DNA of 64,000 bases from an uncultured candidatus Porisulfidus sp. GTDB taxonomy: Bacteria > Pseudomonadota > Gammaproteobacteria > Poriferisulfidales > Oxydemutatoraceae. The notes below the pieces were generated by a model, which searched no databases, had not been told where the DNA came from, and saw only the letters and a program-made list of their open reading frames with translations. Below are positions 45,101-54,100 of this stretch, piece by piece. Both the position numbers and the translations under genes were made by a program. The DNA is taken from positions 320,001 through 384,000 of the forward strand of contig OZ244052.1 of NCBI GenBank assembly GCA_965215125.1, written 5' to 3'. Numbering within the stretch: position 1 is the stretch's first letter; each line of letters begins with the position of its first letter.

Positions 45101-48026
45101 TACCGTTGTTCACTCCGACAATGCCACCTACTAAACTATTTGCCGAAAACTCCCCGACCGCATAACTGCCGACGATAGTACCGGCATTAACACCCACCAG
45201 ACCACCGATATGTTCCTTTCCTTCTATTCTTACATTAGGCAAGCCTATATTTCTTATGCTAGCCGCAGATCCCAAAGCACCGAATAAACCTTGATAGTCG
45301 GCATCATCTCTATTTATCTGCAAATTAAATATCGTATGACCATCACCGTTAAAAATGCCTGTGAAACGACCTGCAAGCGTGCCTATAGGCAACCAGCCGG
45401 TGTCCGCATCGTTGCCGTAATCGGCAACCGTCCATTTTGTTTTATTGATCGGGTCGCGGTAGCTCGCATCCGAGTTGAAATCCAAATCTCGCGCTAATTC
45501 GTATCGACCGTCTAATTGATTGCGTATCGCATTCAAATCTTCTAAGTAGTAAATATCTCTAAAACCGTCATCCTCTACGACCTTCACCACCGATACCGGC
45601 TCGGATACGACACGATGATCATAACCTTGATTGTCGCGATAATCCAACCATACACGATAGCCGATATTATCGATTGCCGACAACACCGTGGGTATTTGAT
45701 AGCGTATTTGTATCGCATCTTTGATATCTTGCCATGTTGCCAAATCGGACGATAGTTTGTACTGCCATTGATAACCAAAGCTGTTAATATCTGCACCACC
45801 GTCGGGATCTACAGATAAATCGGCTTCGCCGATATCCGACACCGTTAATATCCCCTCGCGATAGGTCGGGGCAGCTAAAGTCCTCATGCTACCGCCATTT
45901 GTTTTGACAACCGTCATCGTCGTACTTCGGGTTACGGTTGTCCGACCGTCGCGCACTTCCACTTGCAGCACAACGGGGGCCTCGTCGGCATCTTGAACTA
46001 CAAAATCGTCGGGTATGTTTATGTTCAACTCGGCTAGGCCGGTGTCCGAGTCTTTTAATAAATCGGGTTGCATCGGCGAAACCTGACTCCAGCGATAACG
46101 TACTCGTCGTAAATTCGGCTCGGAGGTTGAAACACTCAACATAATATTTTGTCCTTCGCTCACCCTATGATCCGAACGATTACTACTAATCGTTGCTTGC
46201 AAGCCGGATCGACGTATCACCCAAATCCGATAGTGCCTCGCTATCGTCACTAAGGTAGGTTCGGGGGCTACATTCAAAATAATCGGTGCCGTCTCGCCGT
46301 TATTCACCGAAGACAAACCGATTTTCTCGTCTTTAAGAATACTAATCGTCTGCGTGCTATTTGCTATCGTAGGGCTGAACCTTATCTCTGTTACACTATC
46401 GTCGCTTAAGTTCACACGATAATCAAAGGTCTGCGGATTAAACGCAGGAGATAAAGTCAAACCGTCTAATACAAGCAAACTCGAGAGCATGATGTGCTGA
46501 CCCGACAATAGGTGTCCCTTTTCAGAACCCTCGCTATGTCTGAGTATCGGGTATTGTTCGCCGGTGCCGAACTCCCAATCGGCAACATCCCATCGTTCAA
46601 AGGTCTCGCCCGGTAGACCGGGGGCAGTCGGTGATTTTAGCTGTGCGGTAGTTCGCAAACTACCACCGGCACTGAACGATATCCCGGTAGCCTCGCTATT
46701 CCAATAGCTGTGTATTACACGCACCATGTCGGCATGCCTCGTTTGGTGTGCATAATTCCAGCCGACTAAACCACCCGCATGCTCACCGCTTGCGACAACC
46801 TGCCCGTTTGCAAAACTGTCGGAGACGATGCCTTTATTACTGCCGACCAAACCACCGACTCTATGCACACCACCTACATAACCGCTTGAGTACGTATTGC
46901 TTATTCGACCACCCTCGTTCCAACCGACCAAACCGCCCACATCGCTATCGCCGTCTATGCGACCCTGCGCAAAACTATTGGTGATTTCACTATCCCTGTT
47001 CCAACCGACCAGACCCCCCGTATAAAGATTACCCACAACCGCACCACTTGCCCGACTATCGGCAATTTTGCCGCCACGGTCATTCGCACCGACCAACCCA
47101 CCGCTATACGAACCGTCGCTTATTACTTTGCCTTCGGCATGGCTCGCACTAATCCGAGCACGATTGAGACCGACCAACCCACCGATATAATCGCGTCCTC
47201 TTGCAGTCCCGTCGGCACGACTGTTTGTCAGCGCACCTCGAGAGTTAAGACCGACCAAACCGCCGACTTGGTTGACACCGGATACACTCGTATCGGCAAT
47301 GCTATACCTAATATGCCCTTCGTTATGACCCACCAGACCGCCGAGACTATGACCGCCACCCTCTACACGCTCAAGTATGACATCGCCGTTGAGTATCGTC
47401 CCGGCATTGGCACCGAACAAACCGCCGACAGTGTTGCCCACACCGATTAGACGGCCCCCTTCCACACCGATATAAGAAACACCCCCGGCGTTATGACCGG
47501 CTAAACTACCGATGTACGAATTCCCTGTGATGTTTATTTGCGACAATACCAAATCGCTGATTTTGGCCGGCTTAGTCGTCACCTTGAATAAACCGACATA
47601 ATCCGACGGCCTGTTGATGTACAGGTTGGCTATCGTATGACCATTGCCTTCAAACCTTGCGCTAAAGAAACTCAGCCGATCGCCTATAGGCAACCAACCT
47701 AAACCACTCGTCCATGCTTCTTTGTTGATGATGTTGCGGTAGTCATCGGAAACATTGAAGTCTAGATCGTCTCGCAACTCGTAGCCGTTGCAACCGCTTT
47801 GCGGACACCCCGCAGTGATCTTGACTGCGTCAAAACTTTCTCTATAGCCGGTGCCGTCAAGCTGATAGCGAACTGCATTCAATGCATCCAAATCGCATAG
47901 CTCTATCAAGCCATCGTTGTCTTGATCTATATCACTTAGGTAATTGCATTGAAAACCATCTTGCGCCGATACGGATCGCAACAATACCATGGTTAACGGT
48001 AATAAGAGTCTTGCGGATCCCCCCAT
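30114..48026 (-). CDS. Giant secreted modular protein 2 (~5970 aa; 10 GLUG-type solenoid modules plus cadherin/Ig-like domains)
   Basis: The ORF track gives 30114..48059 (TTG). ATG 48026 with a GGGGGG RBS gives the signal peptide MGGSARLLLPLTMVLLRSVSA|QD. Ten W(L/A/Q/H)PIG-marked modules with DxDxDGLIEI, GCxGYEL, DLDF, GGLVG and WDFG..QYP motifs. Ends VFINIRVFPEGLLR. Confidence 0.9.
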   Translation of the reverse strand: MGGSARLLLPLTMVLLRSVSAQDGFQCNYLSDIDQDNDGLIELCDLDALNAVRYQLDGTGYRESFDAVKITAGCPQSGCNGYELRDDLDFNVSDDYRNIINKEAWTSGLGWLPIGDRLSFFSARFEGNGHTIANLYINRPSDYVGLFKVTTKPAKISDLVLSQINITGNSYIGSLAGHNAGGVSYIGVEGGRLIGVGNTVGGLFGANAGTILNGDVILERVEGGGHSLGGLVGHNEGHIRYSIADTSVSGVNQVGGLVGLNSRGALTNSRADGTARGRDYIGGLVGLNRARISASHAEGKVISDGSYSGGLVGANDRGGKIADSRASGAVVGNLYTGGLVGWNRDSEITNSFAQGRIDGDSDVGGLVGWNEGGRISNTYSSGYVGGVHRVGGLVGSNKGIVSDSFANGQVVASGEHAGGLVGWNYAHQTRHADMVRVIHSYWNSEATGISFSAGGSLRTTAQLKSPTAPGLPGETFERWDVADWEFGTGEQYPILRHSEGSEKGHLLSGQHIMLSSLLVLDGLTLSPAFNPQTFDYRVNLSDDSVTEIRFSPTIANSTQTISILKDEKIGLSSVNNGETAPIILNVAPEPTLVTIARHYRIWVIRRSGLQATISSNRSDHRVSEGQNIMLSVSTSEPNLRRVRYRWSQVSPMQPDLLKDSDTGLAELNINIPDDFVVQDADEAPVVLQVEVRDGRTTVTRSTTMTVVKTNGGSMRTLAAPTYREGILTVSDIGEADLSVDPDGGADINSFGYQWQYKLSSDLATWQDIKDAIQIRYQIPTVLSAIDNIGYRVWLDYRDNQGYDHRVVSEPVSVVKVVEDDGFRDIYYLEDLNAIRNQLDGRYELARDLDFNSDASYRDPINKTKWTVADYGNDADTGWLPIGTLAGRFTGIFNGDGHTIFNLQINRDDADYQGLFGALGSAASIRNIGLPNVRIEGKEHIGGLVGVNAGTIVGSYAVGEFSANSLVGGIVGVNNGKIINSYAGSDISMQSSVSSHLGGLVGTNEGIVINSHATVRILERRSDNVGGLIGWNAINARVINSYAGGDVGGDLFVGGLTGINRGSITNSYANGEVSGNSSVAGLVGTNQISAAMITNSYAIAKVQGGGGGLASANDGVIVASYWNVEIGGVQNGHGSGQSTRQMQLPTASIGIYEEWDDADWDFGNSEQYPILKYAPGPDGDACGVSGLPQCGELISPRLRYGLRSLATADSVVLSPEFDIEAQNRSGIYIGSLRSTDNAIRLIPTAIEPIAYIRFYIGDDNTAYDNIRSGETSKAISLSATGMTRIHIEVQGTVTVRYALYIGYQSIADDRITPINYLEDLDAIRDRPTGSYKLTRDLDFADSESYLEPLNRIFWTVDDYQDATDVGWAPIGSEPKPFAGRFDGNGYTISGLQINRDDVDNQSLFGASTSDALISNIGLLNVKVEGGAKVAGLIGTNRGQVGYSYVSGSVVSKSIEGVGGGLVASNDGGEVIGSYAIAEVSGTSSLGGLVGDNDGRIINSHADSIVIPSSGGLGFGGLVSVNRDLVTNSYATGKVSIVAGGSHAGGLVGWNEPQAKIINSYAAVRVRGRNAGGLVGFLEGSTIENSYTISQVSGTNGDNQSIGGLVGATSGAVKIIASYWNSDISTVQGSNGIGQITKRLQSQTPTMPANSIYKDWNTDDWDFGTSKQYPILKYTTATENVFECGSSGLPQCGDLISPGLRYGLRDLTSANDVTFYPPLDIERLNQSGVYSGTVIGEHPSIRLIPVAMESTAHISFMGDRREMVDSHDTSAPISLKNDGIKKVVVEVKGTQTVRYTLYLSYAPHRVIDEDGDGLVDIDYLEDLDAIRYQLDGSGYRADDESIKITSGCPSAGCRGYELLRDLDFNDAGSYRNAEKNMGRWTGVGAWQPIGLDEATFTGTFKGNNKTIANLRVGTNGGLFATIGSDSRVAYIDGIGLSAMDIKGDVVAGIATSCKRCTISNSYVIGDIQGTAAAAGLVNAISATGGGRARISNSYFIGNITVNGRSAVAGGLVGDVDSALTITDSYVVGTITAEHDDAFIGGLIGVRTSSAIDIVNSYASVSATKADVPQGLFGGNRDPSDQRALTAKAIYLDEDIAETNVTLGESKRAAELQSPTSATGIYTSWGSDNWDFGTNEQYPAIRYNLRADSTDGDAHCDTADIQRRPDACHTLLRHQGSLLRDLKLSEGAGLSSPFAFTSFDYGVSVNADRSTIRMLPTAFNAVATIEVFKDGTSIGETDSGEWTVPIPLNDTGDTVFSLVVKDGKRHSYRYQFVINRLDIVAQSIDEDGDGFIEISNATHLNAVRHRLDGGAYQQSETTDAIYCSNGCMGYELTADIDLAGIEWQPIGSLSEPFSGVFKGNGYTISNLTIKAGSTNEVGLFGAIGAGGRVENVGLVNVSIAGQSNVGSIAGYNFGTIINSYAEGKLLAEVNDGGGLVGRNNDGMIVNSYARVDVQVDNDRAGGLVGWNEIGGSIVNSYAVGGVRANNGRAGGLAGNNHARIHNSYAIGDVQASNGITGGLVAATVLGHTIVNSYYRAGAVISGIDSLIGTDKTAVALKSGMPSDDIYTGWNRADWHFGNVDQYPALLYATGDDDNTACRQPLPQQLSDCNGGLFADLSEHDKTIVCLSHLPRLPKQQPYCGALLPEQRAGLVQMELSKNARLLPAFNLEIYDYHLVVGSGDEVRITPTAYYGTDTITVDAGSLSSSKRSGQSSLFTLSDDLDSIVLRVQSATQGMPTFYTIKVLQDIAVVDDFITIDYLEDLNLMRYALAQVSATLKDCPIDTEDGARRCKGYKLARDLDFKNPTSYRAGVINPIWTTGAGWQPIGNRRNPFSGLFNGNAHTISNLRIQGIPIGDIGLFGVLASGARIEHIGLLNVDIDMSRHDLYSIGTLVGLNLGEIVNSYVIGGDVQGHLYVGGLVGRNDGGTIVNSYADVSVNGRFAITGGLVGSNAIGGKIHNSYASGAVVGNDFVGGLVGISTRDIHNSYASGAVIGSDFVGGLVGELSQSGIVVSNSYAIGKVTSRRLIGGLLGRTSLGSADASYWDVVTSGVADDEDDVTGIGKTTTELRTAAIGDGIYSNWDSNDWYSESGQYPVLRYTSATDIITRPACLEAENADTELPMCGTLLPAQRRTGLSNLAHSNRTGQVLLLRPDFNSKIYDYELILKSDAREFSIIPYTFNSGSVLTLNNDSETNPRMELRSGEVTTLTIDNINDLLLTLAVEDPLVSRTTQTTLYSIRVNKHSFITVNDIDEDDDGLIEVRSADALNAIRYQLDGSGYKASRDDTKITLGCPTTPTVGCKGYELAASIDLSGFDWHPIGAIDATTLDCNDTQSRCFAAIFDGNNHTISNLRIDRSNTDNVGLFAALADGAQVKNVNLTDVEVGGRFGVGSLATYNAGIIDNSSADATVVGENAVGGLVAYNVGRISNSYAYGAVSGGSSVGGLIARNESTGVITNSYSLSRVSGDTGIGGLVALNLGSIANTYASGGVEGVALIGGLIGENSGSVGDSYATADIVCTGVPACTSYTVATGGLIGSNVGGIAVNSYWDIATSNLHESAGGVGKTTVQLQSGTGQSSDAGRAYYRWDDSDWHFGDVNRYPILKYTTSTESTLAGLQSYGLTSLTIAEIVTLSPNFDTTKLYYRLGVELDVNIKQLHLTPNALDEDATIRIVSDNGFDETIKTGTTSSAIVLRSTDTTVISVEVSGARRIRYRFEVDYFSSGFEEDVDTDKDGLIDILTLEDLDAIRNALDGRHLRYQNADGVLIESAKGCPMTGCKGYELLRDLDFDNPAHYRAGSVNTAWTTGSGWQPIGTSLHPFTAIFKGNGYTISNLTVNRPDSDYIGLFGVLDGSKSDVVIEGIGLTGVDIVGGAHVGSLVGTNRAGDIRRSYVSGSVMARGSGGSAIVGGLVGRNFAGSITRSYAETQVKGNLSARLPTSLAGGLVALNDNRSRIENSYAVGSVIGWGTIGGLVAINQGSSEIINSYAVSRTIGIGEISTVGGLVAVNDAVVDDSYWDIEVSGIASSAGGTSATTAVLRSSTPTSPINSIYKNWDADVWEFADANRYPELKAIADVPLLAPEGKSLLQSLTLSNNVRLFPSFHPLIFDYELIAESARITEVRLDTTSTRVGTTIDIACRKGLICSSGIPISFVLDGNHTPEITITTHNPDAGELSYHFSVRYDELKIERVTATTTTMVPLSLSVAEGERVRLMISYNFTLDEDLYRYKWQQSAGDVLKFDDKRSPVDTQSAVLDFTVPSDVVSKQDDSRVVQLTAEIGVDDVYMSRAISLIISKQNNDTADRISLRRVSDKPMTYRIIFQRMDGSEFIDRDGGFAETRIQWQRRRSEAEGWINLESTATLTYTLPNEGDYQYRVLVMYEDNQGYRGQFESEVINYSDIDDDGDGLIEIRYLEDLDAIRYQPDGSGYKATESADKITTGCPLVNGVEKCRGYELMNDLDFTDDASYRTPNPSVLKNSWTVSDFRDASDLGWQPIGGAFNAVFNGNGYTISNMQINRSVGNISNIGLFSQIGAVGRVKNFRLVDPAIKGLVGIKNVGGIAGRMERGGVIMNSYVVGDIEAGNTDKIITGDVGFGNGIGFIGGMVGWNKGFILNSYAKINVVAEDSEITGNKRVGVGGLVGRNIDGGKVYNSYATGEVKGPCIVGGLVGNQFSTNSNQLAKRSEIKNSYATGNAETGFGTCVNSNNKVAGGLVGVNNNSTIENSYTLGEVSGDGTLNGLVAGILPAGDTSIANPVNSYWNFSMNCTDGLIFDSDNNRIPVVFCYKSFAPTSVHPGARLSFGLQSATTPDFNYAACVEDSGIIRNCRTYTNWSTTDWHFGNAEQYPALKYGVGLDAADPGCDTDPGTALPSCNALLSGQIADALLLDRLSLSANSRAVQLTPSFKSSRFNYEAVIEVEVAPVIIKIAAGADEGTVITIRKDDGAPLAGQSDGTVQIDANHSFKLKVETLSGSNRGASYQIQVRLKYLLQPRILKIVNGSTPTELITRNIFVLDEGDVLRLDASTSLGQNNRRLDYRWTQPSGKPLLSGIQTTSTVEFTVPTDFVARDKNYSTVILKLELIESNNPMFVVSKEIPLSVRKVNNGNSASAVKWISSDTLSAEDLSNDIDGGLLTDVGYLWLREQNGRFITIPGANQKSYTPPEDARNAQYRFSISYTDVQGYETNIHYDAPLYADIATHKDKDNDGLIEIETLEDLNAVRYQPDGSGYRASSTASKIATGCPDNRCLGYELVKDLDFLDEASYVSTSNKAVWTTGTGWQPIGNIVNNDCTDASSTCLGGVFDGNGFTVTNLMIDKANSDTIGLFGVVGGTSSEIRKIGLIDVLVKGKQSVGGLVGFMKRGKISNSYVTGTIEGHSDVGGLVGFIERGQISGSYAKSSVGGNSHVGGLVGESRADIRNSYAAGNVTAVDADSVGGLVGFFSKNIYNSYALSDVIATGKSTDIGGLVGALFVNASINNSYAAGSVTAEEGVRVGGLVGLGYFISDIIGSYAAGDVKGQNEVGGLIGEARSSIENSYAVGNVTASGSDAGGLIGRGSTNPTRSYWRMDSDNPIGSAGNTATNINYKGFSLNELKSPVSAGTMEGNAYYNWDSERWDFGTADEYPALKYHDNTCGTSTPSPDCGRLLLHQRTGLLDLKLEQNVKAEHLYLSPDFNSTATVYMVSVHTDASELKITPIASNPDATIIADDKVLSANNTGYSIAINTSEPTSTVLRVATSNSVGTEEPVVYKLTLNNRLPRININAPASVGEGETLALNASVEDPEEDELNYSLSVIADLLPDLERLTGTAVGRADPMYKHNIPDNLFGEMQSMDVVDIVLTVGDRLGVTSEKTQLTIVKQNNGIISVPAPILHGFTYTIEDIDLLSDSDGINPVPEIAYRWQKELLGSWLDIDDATHRSHTVEGIIGDRYRVLVDYTDKQGYRHRRLASPAVSAPRQFVYDVVRSREVVRTSVDRSISVFINIRVFPEGLLR

Positions 48027-48146
48027 ACTACGCTTCCCCCCTACATAGCATATTCCCAATTAGCTCATAAATAACTTGCATTTTTATTCAAGCTATTTAT
48101 CGCTATAAAACAGTTTTATTATAGCATATCAAACTGTTGAGAAAAG

Positions 48147-48195
48147 AACCGCCGTTTGTTGCGGTCGCACAAGCGGCATAACTTTGTGCAGAGCC
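48147..48195 (+). repeat. Dispersed hairpin element, copy 4 (different stem sequence, same geometry)
   Basis: AACCGCCG-TTTGT-N9-ACAAG-CGGCATAACTTTGTGCAGAGCC directly abuts the stop codon of giant gene 3. Confidence 0.65.
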
Positions 48196-51100
48196 TCAGC
48201 GCAAAAAGCCTTCGGGAAATACTCTGATGTTTACGAAAATAACCGTTGACCGATTGATTGAAGTTCTTACAACACCCCTAGATCTCACGACATTATATAT
48301 GAATTGCTGCGGTGCCGACATCGCCGGAGATGCTAATCCTCGATGCCTATAACCCTGCTTATCGGTATAATCAATCAATACACGATAGCGATTACCTATA
48401 ATGCCTTCTACGGTATGGCTTTGATCGGTGGCACCATCAATATCCAACCAGCTACCCAGCAGTTCCTTTTGCCATCGATAAGCGATCTCGGGGGTAGGAT
48501 TTGTTCCATCCGAATCCGACGATAGATCTATGCCTGCTATGGTATACCTAAAACCATTCAGCGTAGGCGCAGGAACCGATATAACACCGTTATTCTTTTT
48601 GATTATCGTTAACCGCACCGTTTCACCGGCAACGCCTAAGCCATCGTCAACCGTCAAAACGATATCCACAACATCTGTGTTTTGCATTTCATCAAGCAAG
48701 TCGTTTGGTATGTCATGCTCATACCTTAAATCGGCACGACCTACTACCGTGCCGGTGCTTCTTTCTATATCCGATAATAGGTTCGGAATCATACTTAGAC
48801 TATAACTCAACTCGTCCCCTTCGGGATCTGCTATAGCGGTATTTAATGCAAAGGTTTCACCCTCTACGATTGAAGCAGGTGCGTTAATACTTATCCTCGG
48901 CAAACGATTATTATTTATCGTCAATTTATAGACAACGGGGGCTTCCATTCCCGCCGCATTACTCGTCGCAACACGAATAACCGTAGAGGTAGGCTCGGAA
49001 GTATTGAGCGAGACAGAATAACCGGTATCGTTCGTCGGCAGGACTCTGTCGTCGGCTATGATACTCGCATCGGGATTAGCGGCTATCGGGGTGACTCTTA
49101 GTTCGCTCGCATCGGCATGAACCGACACCGTATAAGTCGTAACCGCAGGATCAAAGTCGGGGGAGAGATACAAATGCCCTGCGCCCACATTTTGTTCCAA
49201 CTTTAGAGCTCGCAAACCGATACGCTGGTGGGGTAACAATCTACCGCAATCCGGCGACGGCGTCGAAGTGCCACAGGTGTTATCGTGGTATTTGAGCACC
49301 GGATACTCATCGGCAGTGCCGAAATCCCAATCATCGGTATCCCAAGTGTAATAAATATCGTTTACCATTGTCCCCGGTGCAGTCGGCATTTGCAATTCGG
49401 CCTTAGTCTTAGCGGTGCCGCCTCCCGGAGAGTTCGTCTGCCCACTTGCATCGGTATCCCAATAGCTATTAGCCACGACTAGTCCGGGTGATTGCCTTAT
49501 GCCGATTAAACCACCTACATACTGTTCATCGGTGTTGGCTGTCGCAACAAAAGTTGTTTTTACCTCGACAGTCGAGTAGCTGTTGACGACACTACCGCGC
49601 CCCCATAAGGTGCCGACTAGACCTCCCACAGCTCGTTTTTTCTCACTGATGCTAACCGAGCCTGCTACATAGCTATTACCGATAAGCCCTCGATTCTCAC
49701 CCACTAGACCCCCTGCACCCCGCTCTGCCGAAACATCGGCAACCGCATAGCTACCGATGATAATACCACCATGGTTTATGCCACAGATGCCACCGACAAA
49801 ACGAGAACCTAAGACGGTGCCACTGACATAACTATTGATAATCGACGAACCCGATACACTGACACCGGTTAACAGACCGATAACATTATTTTGCCCTTCA
49901 ACCCTGCCTTCGACTACATAGATACTCATTAGTTCGCCCTCGTTGCGACCGACTAGACCACCGACCCCAGCATTACCTTTTACTTCTATTGCCGATAATC
50001 GGAGATTGCGAATGGTGCCGGTATTTCCGGCAAACAGACCTATTTCATCGGTGGTGTCTCTATTGATCTGCAAATTGGTAATCCTATATCCGTTGCCGTC
50101 AAAAATACCGGCGAAACAGTCACTACCCGCATCACTACAATTATTGTTAGCAACAATACCGATCGGTTGCCAGCCTGTGCCGGTCGTCCAAGCCACTTTA
50201 TTGGCAGTTGAATTATAGCTGGCATCGTCCAGAAAATCTAAATCCTTGACTAATTCATAGCCTCGGCACTTCTCTACACCGTTGACCAAAGGACAACCTG
50301 TAGTCATCATAATTGTCGTAGAACTTGCACGATAACCTCTGCCGTCCGGTTGATAACGAATCGCATTGAGATCTTCGACGGTTTCAATTTCTATTAAACC
50401 GTCGTTATCCTTGTCTACAAAGTTTGCAATCGTTGTAAATTGCGGTGCGTCGTAGTGAATGTTCGTTCGGTAACCCTGTCCATCGATATAGCTTATAGAG
50501 ACTCTATATTGTGCATTGCGGGCACTTCTGGGAACTATATAGCTTTTTTGGTTCGCACCGGGTATCGCAACAAATCTACCGTTCCGTTCCCGCAACCATC
50601 GATAGCCGATATCGGTCAACGACCCTCCGTCTATATCGTTTGACAAATCCTCCGCGGAGAGCGTGTCGCTACTTATCCATTTCACGGCACTTGCGGAGTT
50701 CCCGTTATTAACCTTCCTCACCAACAACGGTACTTCTCTACTTACTACGGATGCCGAATTATTGCTTTCGCTCAACTTCAGTTTTAAGACGACCGTGCTA
50801 TCGTCCTCGTCTCTTGCGACAAAATCGGTAGGTACCGTAAACTCTACGGTAGATGCAGTTCTTATCCCCGACAGTAACGATTTCCCCGATAGTTGAGTCC
50901 ACTGGTAATCCAACTGTGAATTTTTCTGTACGATACTCATTGATGCATCCAAGCGAAAGACATCTCCTTCGTCTAAAACAAAAATGTTTCTTGCGATTAG
51001 TTCGGTAGGAGTACTCCCGTTTACTATTTTCATAATACGAGCCTTAAGTGGGTACTTTAAGCGCACCTGTATTTGATAGCTTGCGCCCCTATTACTCTCC

Positions 51101-54100
51101 CTCAAAGTCTCAACTTTGAGTTTGAATGAGTCCTCTGCACTAATCTGCACGGTACCGTCCGATTGTCCGGTCAAAGGTGATCCATTGTCTTTACGAATCG
51201 TTATTCGGGTATTCTTACCGGCACTCGTAGCGATATCTATAATCACCGGTGCCTCCTCAACCTCTATCATTGCTCCGTAGTTAAATCTACTCGGCATAAA
51301 GCTCGGGGTCAAATGCACATTTTTTGAATTGACAGATAAGCTCAGTCGATCCAATAAAAGCGCATCGGCAATCTGACCGTGCAATAAGGAATCACAACTC
51401 GGCAATACCGTCTCGGGTTCGGTGTCGCAACCCGGGTCGGCCGTATCCAATCCGACTCCGTACTTAAGTGCCGGATATTGCGAACTGGTTCCGAAATTCC
51501 AATCGGCAGTATTCCAATTCACATAGGTCTTACATACATCTTCGGGCTCTAAGTCATTGACGAAACTCTCAATACATGAATTAGCCATAGTATCCGGAGC
51601 AATAGGACGCTTAAGGTTGTCTGGTATTCTTACATTCTTGATATTTCCCGCTATTCCGAAACATCGCACCCCTATTACGAAACTCAAGATAGTAATAAAC
51701 TTACAATTCCGGTCAAAGTTCCAATAACTATTGATCGGGTTTGCAATAGAGGTGTCGCCGGCAGGTAATATTCCGGCAACCAAGCCATTGAGTGTGCCAT
51801 CACCCACAACCTCACCTAGGGTATAACTATTTTCAATCGCTGAGTTATTATTGACACCGACTAAACCACCGGCAACTTTGTTGTCTGAGTTTACGCAGGT
51901 GCCGAACCCGGTCTCTACATTACCTGTCGCATAGCTGTTTTTGATTTCGCTCCTTTTCGGTAGCTCGTCTGAGTTGGTAGAAAACTGATTGCCTACCAAA
52001 CCACCGACGATGCAAGGGCCTTTCACTTCACCGGTCGCATAGCTGTTATACACCTTGCCACCGTCTATATTCCTACCGACCAAACCGCCTACTCCGACCC
52101 GCTTGTTTCCCGGTGTTTCGGAATCTTCGGCAACCACATTGATCTTTGCATAACTATTGAGTATAAAACCTTTATTCCAGCCGACTAGACCGCCTATGAA
52201 TCCTCTACCGTTTCCGAATCCGACATCGCCTCTTATTATTTTATCGGTATTTCCGGATGCAACATCGCCGACCACATAGCTATTCATAATGACACCGCCG
52301 CGTTCCATTCTGCCGGCAATACCACCTACATTTTTGATCCCGACCAGACCTTTGATTGTCGGATCTACAAGTCCCAAGTTCTTAACCTTTCCGACTACTC
52401 CTATTTGGGAAAATAAACCTATATGGTTTGTATCGCCGACGCTACGATTTATTTGTATATTGGATATCGTATAGCCGTTGCCGTTAAATACGGCATTTAA
52501 TCCATCGATAGGCTGCCAACCCGAATCGCTTGCATCCTTAAAATCACTCACCGTCCAACTATTTTTGAGTAGCGACGGACTCGGTGTACGATAGCTTGCA
52601 TCGTCGGTAAAATCTAAATCGTTCATCAACTCATAGCCCCGGCATTGCTCTACACCGTTGACCAACGGACACCCTGTAGTGATCTTATCCACACTTGCGG
52701 TTGCTTTATAACCGCTACCGTCCGACTGATAGCGTATCGCATCCAAATCTTCCAAATAACGAATCTCTATCAAACCATCGTTATCGTCGTCTATGTCCGA
52801 ATAGTCTATGACCTCGGATTCAAATTGCCCGCGATAACCTTGATTGTCTTCATACATAGCGAGTACACGATATTGATAATCTCCTTCGTTAGGAATAGTA
52901 TAGGCAAACGTAGACACTAGGTTTATCCAACCCTCCGCTTCGCTACGACGACGCTGCCATTGTATACGGGTTTCGGCAAAGCCACCGTCGCGGTCTATAA
53001 ACTCGCTACCGTCCGCTCTTTCAAATTTAAGAGTATAAGCGTGCAGTTTATCGTCGTCTTTAAGCAAGCGAATACGATCAGCTGTATCGTTATCTCGTTT
53101 GGAAATTATCAACGATAGCACTTTGCTTAGATACACGTCTTCGTTCACAACGATTTCCAAGGTCAACTGTATGACACGGCGATCGTCTTGCTTAGACACC
53201 ACATCGCTAGGTACCGTAAAATCCAATACGGCACTTTGTGTGTCAACCGGCGATAGCTCATCGTTGAACCTTAACGCATCACCTGTCGATTGCCGCCACC
53301 TATAGCGATAAGAATCTGTACTCAAACCAAAATCATACGAAGTTATCAAACGAATACGCTCACCTTCGGCTGCCGCTAACGGCAACGATATTATTGTTGT
53401 AGTCGTTGCCGTCATTCGTCCGATATCCGATTCGACGTAACGGACAGAGAAGTTATAAGACAATACGCCAACATCGGAGTTATCGGTGGTTATAGTAATT
53501 TTCGGTGTATGGCTACCGTCCAATATAAACGATGTCGGAATACCCGACGAACACACCAAGTCGTCGCTACAGGCGGTATCAATCGTCGTACCCGCTCGAG
53601 TTGATGTCGTGTTCAATCGTACTTCGGTCATTCGGGCAGCCTCGGCTATAAGGTCATAATCAAAAATGAGCGGATGAAAAGACGGGAAAAGGCGGACATT
53701 GTTCGATAGGGTCAAACTCTGCAACAGACTCTTTCCTTCGGGAGTAAGTAGCGGCGCATCGGCAATGGCTTTCAGCTCGGGATAGCGATTCGCATCTGCA
53801 AACTCCCAAATATCGGCATCCCAATTTCTATAAATGCTGTTTATCGGCGTAGTCGGCGTAGACGATCGGAGTATTGCCGTGGTTGCGGAAGAGCCGCCGG
53901 CACTCGATGCGACACCGCTCGCCTCTATATCCCAATAACTATCATTAACCTTTGCATCGTTGACGGCAACCAAACCACCTACTTTAGGCCTCGCACCGAC
54001 GGCTATAACCCTATTCACCGCATAGCTGTTGATAATCTTGCTAGAACCTCGGTTGAGAGCAACCAAACCACCGACGGTGTCCCAACCGATTATAGACCCT

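Noticed and set aside
48018-48045. Phase variation through G6 tracts at the RBS and start of giant gene 2
   Set aside because: Six-base tracts are short for slipped-strand switching, and the frame is intact.
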